A stretch of DNA of 64,000 bases from Vulcanimicrobiales bacterium (GCA_038215615.1 JBBQQR010000003.1:32001-96000); one strand, 5' to 3'. Positions 49,879 to 60,467 are shown, numbered from the stretch's first letter. Translations and numbers: made by a program. Notes: generated by a model from the letters alone, not told the origin.

Positions 49879-50925
49879 TTAGGCTTCCAGGCTAAAGGAG
49901 CCGACGCGCTCGCGCAGCCGCGTTTTCGTTTGCGGCGACGCGAAGGCGGCTTCGATCGCATTGCGCATAAATCGGAGCGGCGCATCTTCGCCGGCAATTT
50001 CGGCCGCGTATGCAAGTTCGTCTGTCAGCGTCGCCTTAAAAATAGCGGGATCGTCCACATCGATTGTCACGATACACCCGGCGTCGTCGAGATCGACCAG
50101 CGGGTGCGGAGCTTCGCCTAGCGCTACGCCGGTCAGAAAATTCGAGGTCGGACAAATTTCGAGCGGTACCTTCTTCTCAACCAATAGCCGCACGACATCG
50201 GGATCTTCAAGCGCCCGAATACCGTGACCGATCCGTTCGGCGCGAAGCACCTCGACGGCCGCGCGCACGCTGGAGGCGCCGGCGCTCTCGCCGGCATGGG
50301 CGACGCAATGCAAACCGTTGGCGCGCGCGAAATCGAAGCACGCTTCGAATATCTCGGCCGGATAGTGGGCTTCGTCGCCGCCTAAGCCGACGCCAATCAC
50401 GCCCAAGTCTTGCATGCGGACGGCGAGTCTAGCCGTTTGCATCGCGCTCTCGACGCCGAAGTTGCGCGTCAAATCGACGATGAGCGCGATTTCGATGCCG
50501 TTCGATTTTAGCGCGCCGTCGCAAGCATCGCGAATGGCGGCCATGCACGCCCGCACGTCGATGCTTTTGTGAAAGAACCGCCAGACCGACGGCGAGACGA
50601 ACAGCTCGGCGTACATGACGTTCTGCGCGACTGCGTCCTGAATATATTGCGATGCGAGCAGCCGGTAATCGGCAGGTTCTGCGAGCGAGCGGCTCACGGC
50701 CGCGAAGGTCAGCAAGAAACCTTCGAAATCTTTAAAAGCGTACGGATCGGCCGGATTGGCGGGCGGCTCGTCGGCGGGGAACGGCCCGGCATCACGGGGG
50801 CGATAGGTCAGTGCAACCCCATGCTTGTTCGCAAGGTCTATGAACGTGGCCGCGCGCAGCGTGCCCTCCAGGTGACAGTGTAACTGGACCTTGGGCATGG
50901 TCCGCAGGAGTTCAGGCGTCATCAT
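49879..50925 (-). CDS. add: Adenosine deaminase
   Basis: PKVQLHCHLEG, HAGE, RIGHG, EICPTSN, DDP. Confidence 0.92.
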   Translation of the reverse strand: MMTPELLRTMPKVQLHCHLEGTLRAATFIDLANKHGVALTYRPRDAGPFPADEPPANPADPYAFKDFEGFLLTFAAVSRSLAEPADYRLLASQYIQDAVAQNVMYAELFVSPSVWRFFHKSIDVRACMAAIRDACDGALKSNGIEIALIVDLTRNFGVESAMQTARLAVRMQDLGVIGVGLGGDEAHYPAEIFEACFDFARANGLHCVAHAGESAGASSVRAAVEVLRAERIGHGIRALEDPDVVRLLVEKKVPLEICPTSNFLTGVALGEAPHPLVDLDDAGCIVTIDVDDPAIFKATLTDELAYAAEIAGEDAPLRFMRNAIEAAFASPQTKTRLRERVGSFSLEA

Positions 50926-50945
50926 ACCGTATAAGAGTCTTCCGC

Positions 50946-51022
<77 letters not shown>

Positions 51023-51057
51023 AAAGAAGCCCCTCGTCTTCGAGGGGCTTCTATTTT
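51023..51057. terminator. Bidirectional intrinsic terminator
   Basis: AGAAGCCCCTCG-TCTT-CGAGGGGCTTCT flanked by A/T runs. Confidence 0.85.
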
Positions 51058-51066
51058 CGTCAGCCG

Positions 51067-52149
51067 CTAACGCGTCACCCGATACCGGGCGACCATACCG
51101 CCCTGCAAATGGAAATTGACGTGGCAATGAAAAAGCCATATGCCCGGATTGTCGGGCACCATGTCCGCAACCGCCATGCCCGCGGGCAGCACTTGGACGG
51201 CGTCGGTGCGCATGCCGTTGCTCGAGGCATCGTTTCCGTGCCAGTGAATCACGTGAATGTCAAACGCGTCGCTGGCGTCGGCCATCAGATACCAGCGCAC
51301 GTGCTGGCCTACGCGCAGCTCCGGCATCGGCATCGTGCCGTAGACAAAGCCGTTGATGCTCGGGATCTCATTGGTCGGATAATACGGGCCGAACGGATTG
51401 AATTGATCCTGCGGAGATATCTGTGAGGGGTTTTTAACGCGTTTGAAATTTTGCGGCATATACGGACTTTGATTTTCGTCGTCGAGCGCAAACATCGCAA
51501 AGACTTCGCGATCGACATCCTTAGGCGAGCCGTCCGCGCGCGCCATGCCCTTGCGTGTAATGACCATCGGCCCGATGAGTCCGGCGCTGATGCCGGCGAC
51601 TTCATCCACGTGCGCGTGATACATCCACAAGACTGAACTCTGATCCATGCGGTCGGGCCCGGCGCGTGCGGGTACTCGCCACACGTAGCGGAACGTCGCG
51701 CCCGGCGCGACTGAGTCGCCGCCCTTTTTTGCCGCGCTCACGCCATCTTGGTATGGCGCGCCTTCGGAGGCCTTATCGTAGAAGACGCCGTGCGCATGGA
51801 TACTCTGCGGGAAGTGCGTGTCGTTCTTGAAGTACACGAGGATCGTATCGCCGACTTCGGCGCGAATCACCGGCCCAAGGATGCCGAAGTACGACGGCTT
51901 GGCTACCGGCTTCGTGAACGCGCGGTCGGCGTACTGAAAGTACAGCGCCTTCGTGTACGTCCAGCCGACGGGATCGTTGGGGAACGGTTTTACGGCGGGG
52001 CGGCCGGTAAGCTTATTGATGCCGCCGGGCGCGTAATTCCACTGCACTTCCTGCGCCGCAATGTAATAAGTGCGGGTCCGCGCAGCGGCGGGAGCGACCG
52101 CCAAACAAAAGACCGCGGCCGTACATACGGCCAGACCGACGTATTTCAA
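51067..52149 (-). CDS. Two-domain multicopper oxidase with ceruloplasmin-like sequence
   Basis: TRTYYIAAQEVQWNYAP, GILGPVIRAEVGD, SIHAHG, WMYHAH, HVIHWHG, HCHVNFHLQGGM; GGAGG SD + TTG. Confidence 0.9.
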   Translation of the reverse strand: MKYVGLAVCTAAVFCLAVAPAAARTRTYYIAAQEVQWNYAPGGINKLTGRPAVKPFPNDPVGWTYTKALYFQYADRAFTKPVAKPSYFGILGPVIRAEVGDTILVYFKNDTHFPQSIHAHGVFYDKASEGAPYQDGVSAAKKGGDSVAPGATFRYVWRVPARAGPDRMDQSSVLWMYHAHVDEVAGISAGLIGPMVITRKGMARADGSPKDVDREVFAMFALDDENQSPYMPQNFKRVKNPSQISPQDQFNPFGPYYPTNEIPSINGFVYGTMPMPELRVGQHVRWYLMADASDAFDIHVIHWHGNDASSNGMRTDAVQVLPAGMAVADMVPDNPGIWLFHCHVNFHLQGGMVARYRVTR

Positions 52150-52254
52150 GGTTCCCTCCTGCGAAGCGAGCAACGGTTCGATAGACTTGTCCATCGAAGG
52201 CGCGCTCGCCTTGAGTACCCTTAACGGGCGAGAGGATTCTCGCTTGCGCGGCTT

Positions 52255-53220
52255 CTAGGGAAAGGGCAGAGGCGTCGACGACGGCGAGGGCAACGGTGCG
52301 CCGCCGCAGAGCGTACGCATGGATTGCTGCGCTCCCGTATCGGTGTAGCTCGACGGATGCAGATACGAGAGTACGAACGTGCCGTCCATGCCTTGCGCGG
52401 CCGCCACGGTATATGTCATGCCGAAGCCCGGCGGAACGGTGAACTGCGCCGTGGCCAGTAAACCAGGCGTTCCACAAAACTTCAGTTTTTGAACCGCCGC
52501 GCGATATTTCACTGAATGCTGCGTGCCGGACGTCGTCGTCGGCGCCATCTGCTCGGCCGACATAAGATCGGGAATTCCGCGTGCTTTCAGCATCGTCATG
52601 ATCTGCAATGGCGCGTTTCCGAGCCAAATGCCGCCCAGTTCGAAGTCTAAACCCTTCTGCACGGCGTTCCACCCGGACGGCGGAGTCGCGTCGGGTAGCC
52701 CGCCGGTGGGCAATGGACACGCGGAACGCAGCGCCGATTCGATTCCGGGTTCGGGTTTGCCCGTTGTGCGCACGTAAATCGTCGCATACGTCAAACCGCG
52801 CTGCGAGAGCGTCGTCGTCTCGATGATCGCCGGCCTCTTGCCGCCAAGATTCACCGTCGAAACGCTGGCCGTTGCCCCGCAGATCTTCGCGGGAGCTGTC
52901 GCCGTCTTGATTTTGGTCTTCGAATTCGCGAGCGCGCTTCGCAGCTGAACCAAGAGAGCGCCGACGATGCCCGATGGAATCGGAAGCACGGCTTGCCCGA
53001 AAATTCCCCCGCTGCCCTTGCCTTTTTTCGGACCTTGCCAGAGATTTTTGATCTCCGTGAGCGTAAATCCGCGCGGCATTTGCACCCAATCGGACGGCGC
53101 GGTAAAAGGCGCCGGCGCAGAGGTGGGGGCCGGTGAGGGTGCGGGCGTGGACTGCGCAGACGACGGAAGTGCGTTGCTCAGCATCAATGCGCCGATTAAG
53201 AGTGCGTATAAGCTCCTCAT
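52255..53220 (-). CDS. Secreted hypothetical protein with two tandem Cys-paired domains
   Basis: Signal peptide; repeated P..W...KxCG...C pattern. Confidence 0.7.
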   Translation of the reverse strand: MRSLYALLIGALMLSNALPSSAQSTPAPSPAPTSAPAPFTAPSDWVQMPRGFTLTEIKNLWQGPKKGKGSGGIFGQAVLPIPSGIVGALLVQLRSALANSKTKIKTATAPAKICGATASVSTVNLGGKRPAIIETTTLSQRGLTYATIYVRTTGKPEPGIESALRSACPLPTGGLPDATPPSGWNAVQKGLDFELGGIWLGNAPLQIMTMLKARGIPDLMSAEQMAPTTTSGTQHSVKYRAAVQKLKFCGTPGLLATAQFTVPPGFGMTYTVAAAQGMDGTFVLSYLHPSSYTDTGAQQSMRTLCGGAPLPSPSSTPLPFP

Positions 53221-53239
53221 GCTGAAGTGGCTCCCTCTC

Positions 53240-54430
53240 TTAGATTAAGCCGACCTCATTCCCGACGCCGGCAAATGCCGCCAAGGCGCGATCCATCTCG
53301 TCCTTGGTAAGCTTGGCGCTGATTTGCACGCGAATGCGGGCCGTGCCTTCGGGCACGATGGGGAAGCCGAATCCCGTCACAAAGACGCCCCGCTTCAATA
53401 GCCGGTCGCTCATCGCGATCGCGAAGGCGGTCTCCCCGACGATGATCGGAACGATCGCGCTCTCACCTTCGAGCGGCTTGAACCCAAGCGTCATCAGGCG
53501 CTCGCGAAAATACCGCGTATTATCGCGCAGTCGATCGACCAATTCGGGATGCGCGTCGAGATAATCGATGGCCTCAAGCGAGCTGCACGCTACGGTCGCC
53601 GGCAACGCATTTGAAAAAAGTTGCGGCCGCGACTTCTGAATCAGCATATCGACGAGCGCCGCGCTGCCTGCAACAAATCCGCCTGCGGCCCCGCCCAACG
53701 CTTTGCCGAGCGTACCCGTGATGATGTCGACTTGGCCATCCAAACCGAAATGCTCGATCGTGCCGCGTCCGGTCTTTCCCATGACGCCGGTGCCGTGCGA
53801 ATCGTCAACCACGGTGACCGCGCCATATTTCTTTGCGAGCTCTACGATCTGCGGGAGCTTTGCGAGGCTGCCTTCCATCGAAAACACCCCGTCCGTAACA
53901 ACGAGGACGGGCGCCGAGCCCTGCACGACTTTGAGTTTCTCTTCCAGATCGCCCATGTCGCTGTGTTTGTAGCGCTCGCGCCGCGATTTGGAAGCAAGCC
54001 GGCAGCCGTCGATGATCGACGCGTGGTTCAACTCATCGGAAATGATCGCCGAGCCGGTATCGCAGATCGTCGGAAAGAGTCCGGTATTAGCGTTCCAGCA
54101 TGAAACATACGTAAGCGATGCTTCCGTCCGCAGAAACTCCGCGATGCGATCTTCGATCTGCCGGTGGATATCGAAAGTGCCGCAAATAAAACGCACCGAC
54201 GCCGTGCCGGCGCCATACTTGTCTAAGCCGCGTTTGCCCGCTTCAATTACCGCGGCTTCGTCGGATAAGCCGAGGTAGTTGTTGCTGGAAAGAACGATGA
54301 CGTCGCCCGCTTCTTCCATGTGCACTTCGGGAGCCATCGGCGTGGTCAGGTGGCGCAGCGTCTTATACGTGCCGGCGGCCTTCAGTTTTTCAAGCTCACT
54401 TTGAAGACTCTGTTCGAATGCCGCGTTCAC
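53240..54430 (-). CDS. kbl: 2-amino-3-ketobutyrate CoA ligase
   Basis: SNNYLGL, SVRFICGT, NHASIIDG, DDSH, TLGKALGG. Confidence 0.95.
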   Translation of the reverse strand: MNAAFEQSLQSELEKLKAAGTYKTLRHLTTPMAPEVHMEEAGDVIVLSSNNYLGLSDEAAVIEAGKRGLDKYGAGTASVRFICGTFDIHRQIEDRIAEFLRTEASLTYVSCWNANTGLFPTICDTGSAIISDELNHASIIDGCRLASKSRRERYKHSDMGDLEEKLKVVQGSAPVLVVTDGVFSMEGSLAKLPQIVELAKKYGAVTVVDDSHGTGVMGKTGRGTIEHFGLDGQVDIITGTLGKALGGAAGGFVAGSAALVDMLIQKSRPQLFSNALPATVACSSLEAIDYLDAHPELVDRLRDNTRYFRERLMTLGFKPLEGESAIVPIIVGETAFAIAMSDRLLKRGVFVTGFGFPIVPEGTARIRVQISAKLTKDEMDRALAAFAGVGNEVGLI

Positions 54431-55467
54431 GCGATTCCTTTCAGATCAAGGACGATCTTCGCAGCCTCGCCGCTGCGCATCAAATCAAATCCGCGTTCGA
54501 ATTCTTCAAACGGCAGCACGTGCGTAATGATCGGCTTGAGATCCACCCGGCCGCTGCGCACAAGCTCCTCGGTTTGATACCACGTTTCGAACATGCGCCG
54601 CCCGTTGATGCCCAGCAGCGTCAGGCCTTTGAAAATCACGCGGTTCGCCAGGTCGATAGTAATGGGGTCCGATGGAAGACCCAGGAGCGCGACGCATCCG
54701 GCCTTCCGCACGGCTTGCAGCCCCATATCGAGGGCCTGCGCGCTGCCGGACATCTCCAGCAGCACGTCGGCGCCGTCGCCGCGCGTGCGCGCACGAATTT
54801 TTTCTACGATCTCCGGATCCTTCGCGTCGAACGTTTCGTCCGCGCCTAATTTCTTTGCCAGCGCGAGCTTGGCCGGATTGACGTCGACGGCAAATACCGC
54901 CGACGCGCCCGCCGCGCGCGCGACCGGAATCGCCATGAGCCCGATCGACCCCACGCCGGTAATCAGCACCGATTTCACGCTAACGCCGGCCGCCATAACC
55001 GTATGCACGGCATTGCCGAGCGGATCGAAGACGGCGGCAAATTCGTCCGGAATTGCCGGATCGAGTTTCCAGACGTTGCTTTCGGGCATCGCGATATATT
55101 CAGCGAACGCACCGTCGCGATCGACGCCGATAATCTTCAAGTTTTCGCAGAGATGCGCTTGCCCGGTGCGGCACAAAAAACAGGTGCCGTCGGCAATGTG
55201 TCCCTCGGCCGACACGCGGTCGCCTTTTGAAACCATCCGCACCGCGCTGCCGGCATCCGCGACGCGCCCCATAAACTCGTGGCCCATCACCAGTGGCGGT
55301 TTTATCCGGCTCTGCGCCCATTTGTCCCAAGAAAAAATGTGGAAGTCGCTGCCGCAAATCCCGGCCTTCTCTACCCGGATGAGGACGTCGGAAGGCCCCA
55401 GCACGGGAACCGGAACGTCACGAATTTCAAACCCCGGCTTGGGCGCCGTCTTGCAGAGCGCGCGCAT
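54427..55467 (-). CDS. tdh: L-threonine 3-dehydrogenase
   Basis: GICGSDFH, GHEF, DPLGNAVH, GINGRRMFETW; coupled to kbl. Confidence 0.95.
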   Translation of the reverse strand: MRALCKTAPKPGFEIRDVPVPVLGPSDVLIRVEKAGICGSDFHIFSWDKWAQSRIKPPLVMGHEFMGRVADAGSAVRMVSKGDRVSAEGHIADGTCFLCRTGQAHLCENLKIIGVDRDGAFAEYIAMPESNVWKLDPAIPDEFAAVFDPLGNAVHTVMAAGVSVKSVLITGVGSIGLMAIPVARAAGASAVFAVDVNPAKLALAKKLGADETFDAKDPEIVEKIRARTRGDGADVLLEMSGSAQALDMGLQAVRKAGCVALLGLPSDPITIDLANRVIFKGLTLLGINGRRMFETWYQTEELVRSGRVDLKPIITHVLPFEEFERGFDLMRSGEAAKIVLDLKGIA

Positions 55468-55554
55468 GAAGGCCATCCTATTCGCAAGCGCGATAGGATT
55501 ACATCCCTTGCTTACCCAAGCGCCCTTCGAGCAAGCGCTGCCTGTCGCGAACCG

Positions 55555-55848
55555 ATGGACGATACAGAAAAAACCAATAAAATCGAAGCGATTTACGATT
55601 TGCGAGAAGCCGTAGAGCATAAGGTCAACGCCGAGAACGAGCTCGAGGCACGACCTTCGGCGGAAAATCGCGACGCGTTGCTCGATGCCCAGCTCGCGGT
55701 CGAAGCGAAGACGCAAGACGCAATCGAGTCCTGCCTTGAATGCGGAACCTGTCATGCTGCTCAAGAGCCGCACCGCGGGGTCGTCGAGCGCGACGGAAAC
55801 GTCCTAGGCGTAAATTTTAACGACGCGCCGCAGAAGAACGGCGACTAA
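55555..55848 (+). CDS. Hypothetical helical protein with CxxCxxCH motif
   Basis: MDDTEK...SCLECGTCHAAQEPH; no signal peptide. Confidence 0.65.
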   Translation: MDDTEKTNKIEAIYDLREAVEHKVNAENELEARPSAENRDALLDAQLAVEAKTQDAIESCLECGTCHAAQEPHRGVVERDGNVLGVNFNDAPQKNGD

Positions 55849-56267
55849 GCGCGTCTGCGCTCTCCACACGAGCTGCCGGCCGGCAGGCGCTTGCACAGCC
55901 GTAAGCGTGTCCCATGCTCGCTGTACTCCATTTCGTCCATGAGTTCTCGCATGATGAACGTGCCGTACCCGCGCGCGGCACTTGACATCGGCTGAACGTA
56001 ATCGGATGCGTTCCACCGCGCGAAACCGGCCCCGCTGTCTTTGACCTCAACGACCAGTTCCCGGCCATCGCACTTGCAGTAAATTTCGATCGCCGTGCCG
56101 TTCGTGTGCCCGTGTTCGGCGGAATTCGAGAGCGCTTCGCCGACAGCATACTCGATGTCGCCCAAATCCTCGCCCGAAAACCACCGCTGGGCAAAATCCA
56201 CCACGGCGCGCCGGGCCGGCCCGACGCACTCGTACGCGCTGGGAAAATGCTTCCGGTACTCCGCCAT
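55845..56267 (-). CDS. RsbW-like anti-sigma Ser/Thr kinase (HATPase_c_2)
   Basis: AVGEALSNSAEHG, VKDSGAGF, RGYGTFIMRELMD. Confidence 0.88.
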   Translation of the reverse strand: MAEYRKHFPSAYECVGPARRAVVDFAQRWFSGEDLGDIEYAVGEALSNSAEHGHTNGTAIEIYCKCDGRELVVEVKDSGAGFARWNASDYVQPMSSAARGYGTFIMRELMDEMEYSEHGTRLRLCKRLPAGSSCGERRRA

Positions 56268-56339
56268 GCCGGGTAAAGAATTCCCGGGGGACCCGCCCAC
56301 CTAAACCTGCGAAGCCCGGGAATCTTGGGGGATAGCGCC

Positions 56340-57149
56340 CTAGCGGTTTGTCTCTTTCACCTTCATGTGCGTGATTGGAATGTAACCGAGTTTTTCGAGC
56401 ACGGCTTGGTTCGAGGCGATAAAGCGAATGAAGTTCTCGATCTCGGCCGTCGGCTTGCCTTTGGTAAAAATGTGCTCGTACGACCAGATGGGATACTTGC
56501 CGTTTACAATGGCCGCTTCGTTCGGCGCAACGCCGTTGATCTTCAGCACCGTGATCGGGTGATTGCATGTGTAGCCCACGGCCACGTAGGAAACGGAACC
56601 CGGCGTCGCACCGACGGTCGTGACCACGGTCCCCGAACTGTCCACCGTTAAGCCCGATTCGTTGATCTTCGAGACGCCCATGATCGTCGCGTTGAAGACC
56701 GCCCGCGTCCCCGACGCATGCGGCCGGTTGATGAGCACTATCCCTTGATTGGCGCCACCCACATCCTTCCAATTCGTGACGCGACCGGAAAAAATACCGC
56801 GTATTTGGCTGGCCGTCAGATTCGTAACGTGCGCGGACGGATTAGCGATGACGGCGAATCCGACGACGGCGACTCTGTGATCGGTCAAGCCCGAATTCCC
56901 CGGTGCGATGACGTCGGAATCGCCAAGCGATGCGATGCCCGACTGGGCTTGCGCGATCCCCTGATAAGATCCGCCTCCTGAAACGGAGATGCGCACGTCG
57001 CCGTGCTGCTCCTGATACTGCGTCGCAGATTCCTTGACGAGCGGCAGCAGCGCGGTCGAACCGACCGCCGTGATTTGCGTTTCAGCAAACGCGCTCGCCG
57101 GAAAGGCCACGACAATCAGAGCGATCGCCGTCAGCAGCCGTTTGAACAT
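56340..57149 (-). CDS. pstS: Phosphate ABC transporter substrate-binding protein
   Basis: GSTALLP, GGGS, SGTR, YPIWSYEH. Confidence 0.93.
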   Translation of the reverse strand: MFKRLLTAIALIVVAFPASAFAETQITAVGSTALLPLVKESATQYQEQHGDVRISVSGGGSYQGIAQAQSGIASLGDSDVIAPGNSGLTDHRVAVVGFAVIANPSAHVTNLTASQIRGIFSGRVTNWKDVGGANQGIVLINRPHASGTRAVFNATIMGVSKINESGLTVDSSGTVVTTVGATPGSVSYVAVGYTCNHPITVLKINGVAPNEAAIVNGKYPIWSYEHIFTKGKPTAEIENFIRFIASNQAVLEKLGYIPITHMKVKETNR

Positions 57150-57168
57150 GTTGCGCTTCTCCTTTCAT

Positions 57169-58698
57169 TTAGAAGTCGTATTCGAGTTGGGTGCGGTTGT
57201 ATTTGAACAGCGGCGTGCCGCCGAACAATTGTGTGTTGCTCTGCGTGCGTTCCGCATAGCGGTGGCGCAGTGAGAATCCATGGTACGCGCCGATCCCGGG
57301 CTTGCGGAAAAACCACGTGCCGTCGAGATCGGTCTCTTGCGTCGGCGAGAGACCCGCGCTCGCCAATCCGTAGCTGTAAAACCCGCGGCTGGCAATAAAC
57401 TTGAAACGCTTGTCGTTGGTCTGCCACGTCGCGCTGAGCTTCCAAGCCGATCCCGGGCTGCGGCGGTCCGCCATGCCTTGGCTGATGCTCGTCGTGAAGA
57501 GCGGATCGGTGGCGTACGAATCCGTGTACGGGCTCGCCCAGCCGCCGTAGTACACCGTCGCGCTGCCGTCGGCGTTGGCGATACAGTTCGTCGTGCCGCC
57601 CGAGGGCAAGAAGTAAGGAAACGTAACGCCGGCGCCGGTCTTGATCTGGTTGTTGGAGCCGCAGCTGACACCTGCGGGAAGCGTCAGCGTATCGCTGCGC
57701 TGCGGTGCGGCGTCGTAGGAGACGGCAAGGTCGAGGTTGCGCAGGGGCGTGATGCCGGCTTGGATGCCGAAGATCCGGCTGCGAATTTTGCCGATGACGG
57801 CTCGGCCCGAATCATTTTCCGATCCGGCCTGAATCGCAACGAACGGCTTGTGCGGATTGGCCCAGGCGTATTTCGCATCGAACCACAGTGCACTGGCGAT
57901 ATCGGCAAAGCCGTAAAAGTGCACATTCGCGCTGAGGTTGCCGGCCGCAAAACCAAGGTGCGCATATCCGAATCCGGACGTCGCGATCGACGTGCCGCGG
58001 GGCGTAAAGATATTGGCCGCGACTCCGGGTGCATCCGCCGGATGGCTCGTGAGTAACGTCGCGTTATCGAAAGCCGAGCTGGCGCGGCCTTCGAAGCGCG
58101 GCATGAAAAGCGCCTCAGCGGTCCACCGCGCGCTGAATTTGTAAGCGCCGTACAATCCCTGAAACGCGACCGGTTTCAGCCGCGAATCCGAGGGGTTGGC
58201 CCAAGGCGTAACGATCACTTGGTTGCCCAACCGCAGCGTGGCGCGGGGATCCTTATACTGAAGGTATGCCTCGTACAGCGTGCTCATCGCGAAACCGGGA
58301 AGCGTATCGTCGGGATTGACCGGTTCGCTGCCGTCGGCGATAAACGTATGTCGGCCGCATGGCGTCGAGAGATGCGACGCAGCTTGTATGCAGGCTCCGG
58401 GGTTTGCGTATAAATACATGGCCGCGAACGAGAGCGGACCGTTGTTAAAACGGTAGGCACCGCGCAAACTCACGGCCGTATTGACCGAGGCCTGATTCAT
58501 CGCTTTAAACGTTTGCGCGAACCCACTGGCGTTCTGGCGCGTAAAATCATAGGAGCGAACAAAACCGCCGAAAGTAAACGGCGGCGGTTTGGGAGAGGGT
58601 TTGATTTTCGGCGGGCTATCTGCCGATGCGCTCGCAAGGGCGGTCGCGGCCAGCGCCAAGGTCGAGCCGGCTAGAAGCATGCATCTGGAAAATCGCAT
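57169..58698 (-). CDS. Outer-membrane beta-barrel protein, putative phosphate porin
   Basis: Signal peptide, LYEAYLQY/OprD-like strands, C-terminal QLEYDF. Confidence 0.7.
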   Translation of the reverse strand: MRFSRCMLLAGSTLALAATALASASADSPPKIKPSPKPPPFTFGGFVRSYDFTRQNASGFAQTFKAMNQASVNTAVSLRGAYRFNNGPLSFAAMYLYANPGACIQAASHLSTPCGRHTFIADGSEPVNPDDTLPGFAMSTLYEAYLQYKDPRATLRLGNQVIVTPWANPSDSRLKPVAFQGLYGAYKFSARWTAEALFMPRFEGRASSAFDNATLLTSHPADAPGVAANIFTPRGTSIATSGFGYAHLGFAAGNLSANVHFYGFADIASALWFDAKYAWANPHKPFVAIQAGSENDSGRAVIGKIRSRIFGIQAGITPLRNLDLAVSYDAAPQRSDTLTLPAGVSCGSNNQIKTGAGVTFPYFLPSGGTTNCIANADGSATVYYGGWASPYTDSYATDPLFTTSISQGMADRRSPGSAWKLSATWQTNDKRFKFIASRGFYSYGLASAGLSPTQETDLDGTWFFRKPGIGAYHGFSLRHRYAERTQSNTQLFGGTPLFKYNRTQLEYDF

Positions 58699-58721
58699 GT
58701 TTCCATCGTAGCGGCGCTGTA

Positions 58722-58760
58722 TTAAGGCGCCTTTATATTTATCTTAAGGTTGGATTTAAC
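58722..58760 (-). promoter_or_regulatory. Putative Pho box
   Basis: + strand TTAAGG 58722, TTATAT 58733, TTAAGG 58744 (11-bp period). Confidence 0.65.
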
Positions 58761-59565
58761 CGTATCGGCCCGTTATATAATCCTCAGTCCGTTTGTCGGT
58801 GGGCTTGAAGAAAATGTCGCGGGTTTTGCCCGTTTCGATCAGCTGCCCCATGAGAAAGAACGCCGTGTAGTCGGAGATGCGCGCCGCCTGCTGCATAGAG
58901 TGCGTAACGATGACGACGGTATAATCTTTCTTCAAATCGCCGATGAGGTCTTCGATTTTGCTGGTCGCAATCGGGTCGAGAGCGGATGCCGGCTCGTCCA
59001 TCACGATGACCTCGGGTTCCACCGCGAGCACGCGTGCGATGCAGAGGCGCTGCTGCTGTCCACCCGAGAGTGCAAGGGCTGAGAGGTTGAGGCGATCCTT
59101 CACCTCGTCCCAAAGCGCCGCGTGGCGCAGGCTGCGTTCGGCCAACTCCATCAGCCGTTTCCGCCCGCGGATACCATGGATGCGCAAGCCGTAGACGACG
59201 TTTTCGAAAATCGATTTCGGAAACGGATTCGGGCGTTGGAACACCATGCCTATGCGATGGCGGATAGAAACGGGATCGATGTCCTTAGCGTAGATGTTCT
59301 CGCCGTCAAGAATCACCGCGCCCTCGACGCGCACGCCCGGCGTTAGGTCGTGCATCCGGTTGAGCGCGCGCACGAACGTCGACTTCCCGCACCCCGACGG
59401 CCCGATCAGCGCCGTAACACGATTTTCGCGCACGTTGAGTGACGCGTGGTTGATCGCTTGGACGGACCCGTAATAGACACTCAAGTCTTCCACGCGCAGT
59501 TTGGGCGCGGTTTCGGGAAGCGTTTCTCCCCCTGTCCCGGGGCGCATGCTTATCATCGCATTCAC
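58756..59565 (-). CDS. pstB: Phosphate ABC transporter ATPase
   Basis: [39 protein letters not shown]. Confidence 0.97.
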   Translation of the reverse strand: MNAMISMRPGTGGETLPETAPKLRVEDLSVYYGSVQAINHASLNVRENRVTALIGPSGCGKSTFVRALNRMHDLTPGVRVEGAVILDGENIYAKDIDPVSIRHRIGMVFQRPNPFPKSIFENVVYGLRIHGIRGRKRLMELAERSLRHAALWDEVKDRLNLSALALSGGQQQRLCIARVLAVEPEVIVMDEPASALDPIATSKIEDLIGDLKKDYTVVIVTHSMQQAARISDYTAFFLMGQLIETGKTRDIFFKPTDKRTEDYITGRYG

Positions 59566-60467
59566 TTTCCCATGAACCGTTTGCTCAGGCCAAATCCAAT
59601 CAGACGCGCGCTCATATTGAAGAGAAGCACCATTACGAGCAAGACGAGCGCCGATCCGTTTCCGACGCGGGCAGCATCAGGCACCAAGCTTTCAGAATGC
59701 GTGTACCAGAGGTGCACCGAGAGAGTCTCCGCCTGGTGAAATAAGCCGAGGTCATAGGCCGATCGTCCGGCCGAGACGCTGACACCAGCTGTGAAAATCA
59801 GGGCGGCGGTCTCGCCGAAGATGCGCCCGGCAATGAGAACGATTCCCGTCGTGAGCGGCGCGATCGCGCTGGGCAGCACGACTTTCCTAATCGTTTGCCA
59901 CTTGGTGGCGCCCAGCGACATCGACGCTTCGCGTAGCGCTCCGGGCACCGAAGCCAGCGCCTCTTGCGTCACGCGCATGAGCGCCGGCAGATTCAGCAGC
60001 GTCAGCGTCAGTGCGCCGCCGATCGCCGTAAACTTCCAGTGGAACATGGTCACGAAGACGAGCAGTCCGAAGAGGCCCATGACGATCGAGGGAACAGTCG
60101 CCAGCGATTCGGCGCAGAACTGCACGAGCGACGTAAAAAGACCGGGCCGCGCGTACTCTTGGAGATAAATTCCGCCCGCCATCGCGATCGGTGTCGTAAA
60201 GACCAGCGTCAGAATCAAGATGTAGAACGAATTGAAGATTTCGGGTCCGATGCCGCCACCGGCTGAAACTTCGCTCGGCGGCGAGGTAAGGAAGTGCCAC
60301 GAGATCACCGGTAGCCCCAAATAAAAGATGTAGCCGACGAAAAACGCCAGCAGCACGATGATCGAAAGCGCAGCTGCCCAAAGTACGCCTGTCATGAAGG
60401 CATTGGCCGCGCGACGTCGCGCCGTCGTGCTCGCCCGTGCCTGGAAGGTCGTCGCCACGGTTGCCAT
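59562..60467 (-). CDS. pstA: Phosphate ABC transporter permease
   Basis: [31 protein letters not shown]. Confidence 0.95.
   Translation of the reverse strand: MATVATTFQARASTTARRRAANAFMTGVLWAAALSIIVLLAFFVGYIFYLGLPVISWHFLTSPPSEVSAGGGIGPEIFNSFYILILTLVFTTPIAMAGGIYLQEYARPGLFTSLVQFCAESLATVPSIVMGLFGLLVFVTMFHWKFTAIGGALTLTLLNLPALMRVTQEALASVPGALREASMSLGATKWQTIRKVVLPSAIAPLTTGIVLIAGRIFGETAALIFTAGVSVSAGRSAYDLGLFHQAETLSVHLWYTHSESLVPDAARVGNGSALVLLVMVLLFNMSARLIGFGLSKRFMGK

Noticed and set aside
52013..53089. 358-aa alternative-frame ORF
   Set aside because: Arg-rich overlap of the signal-peptide-bearing 52255-53220 gene
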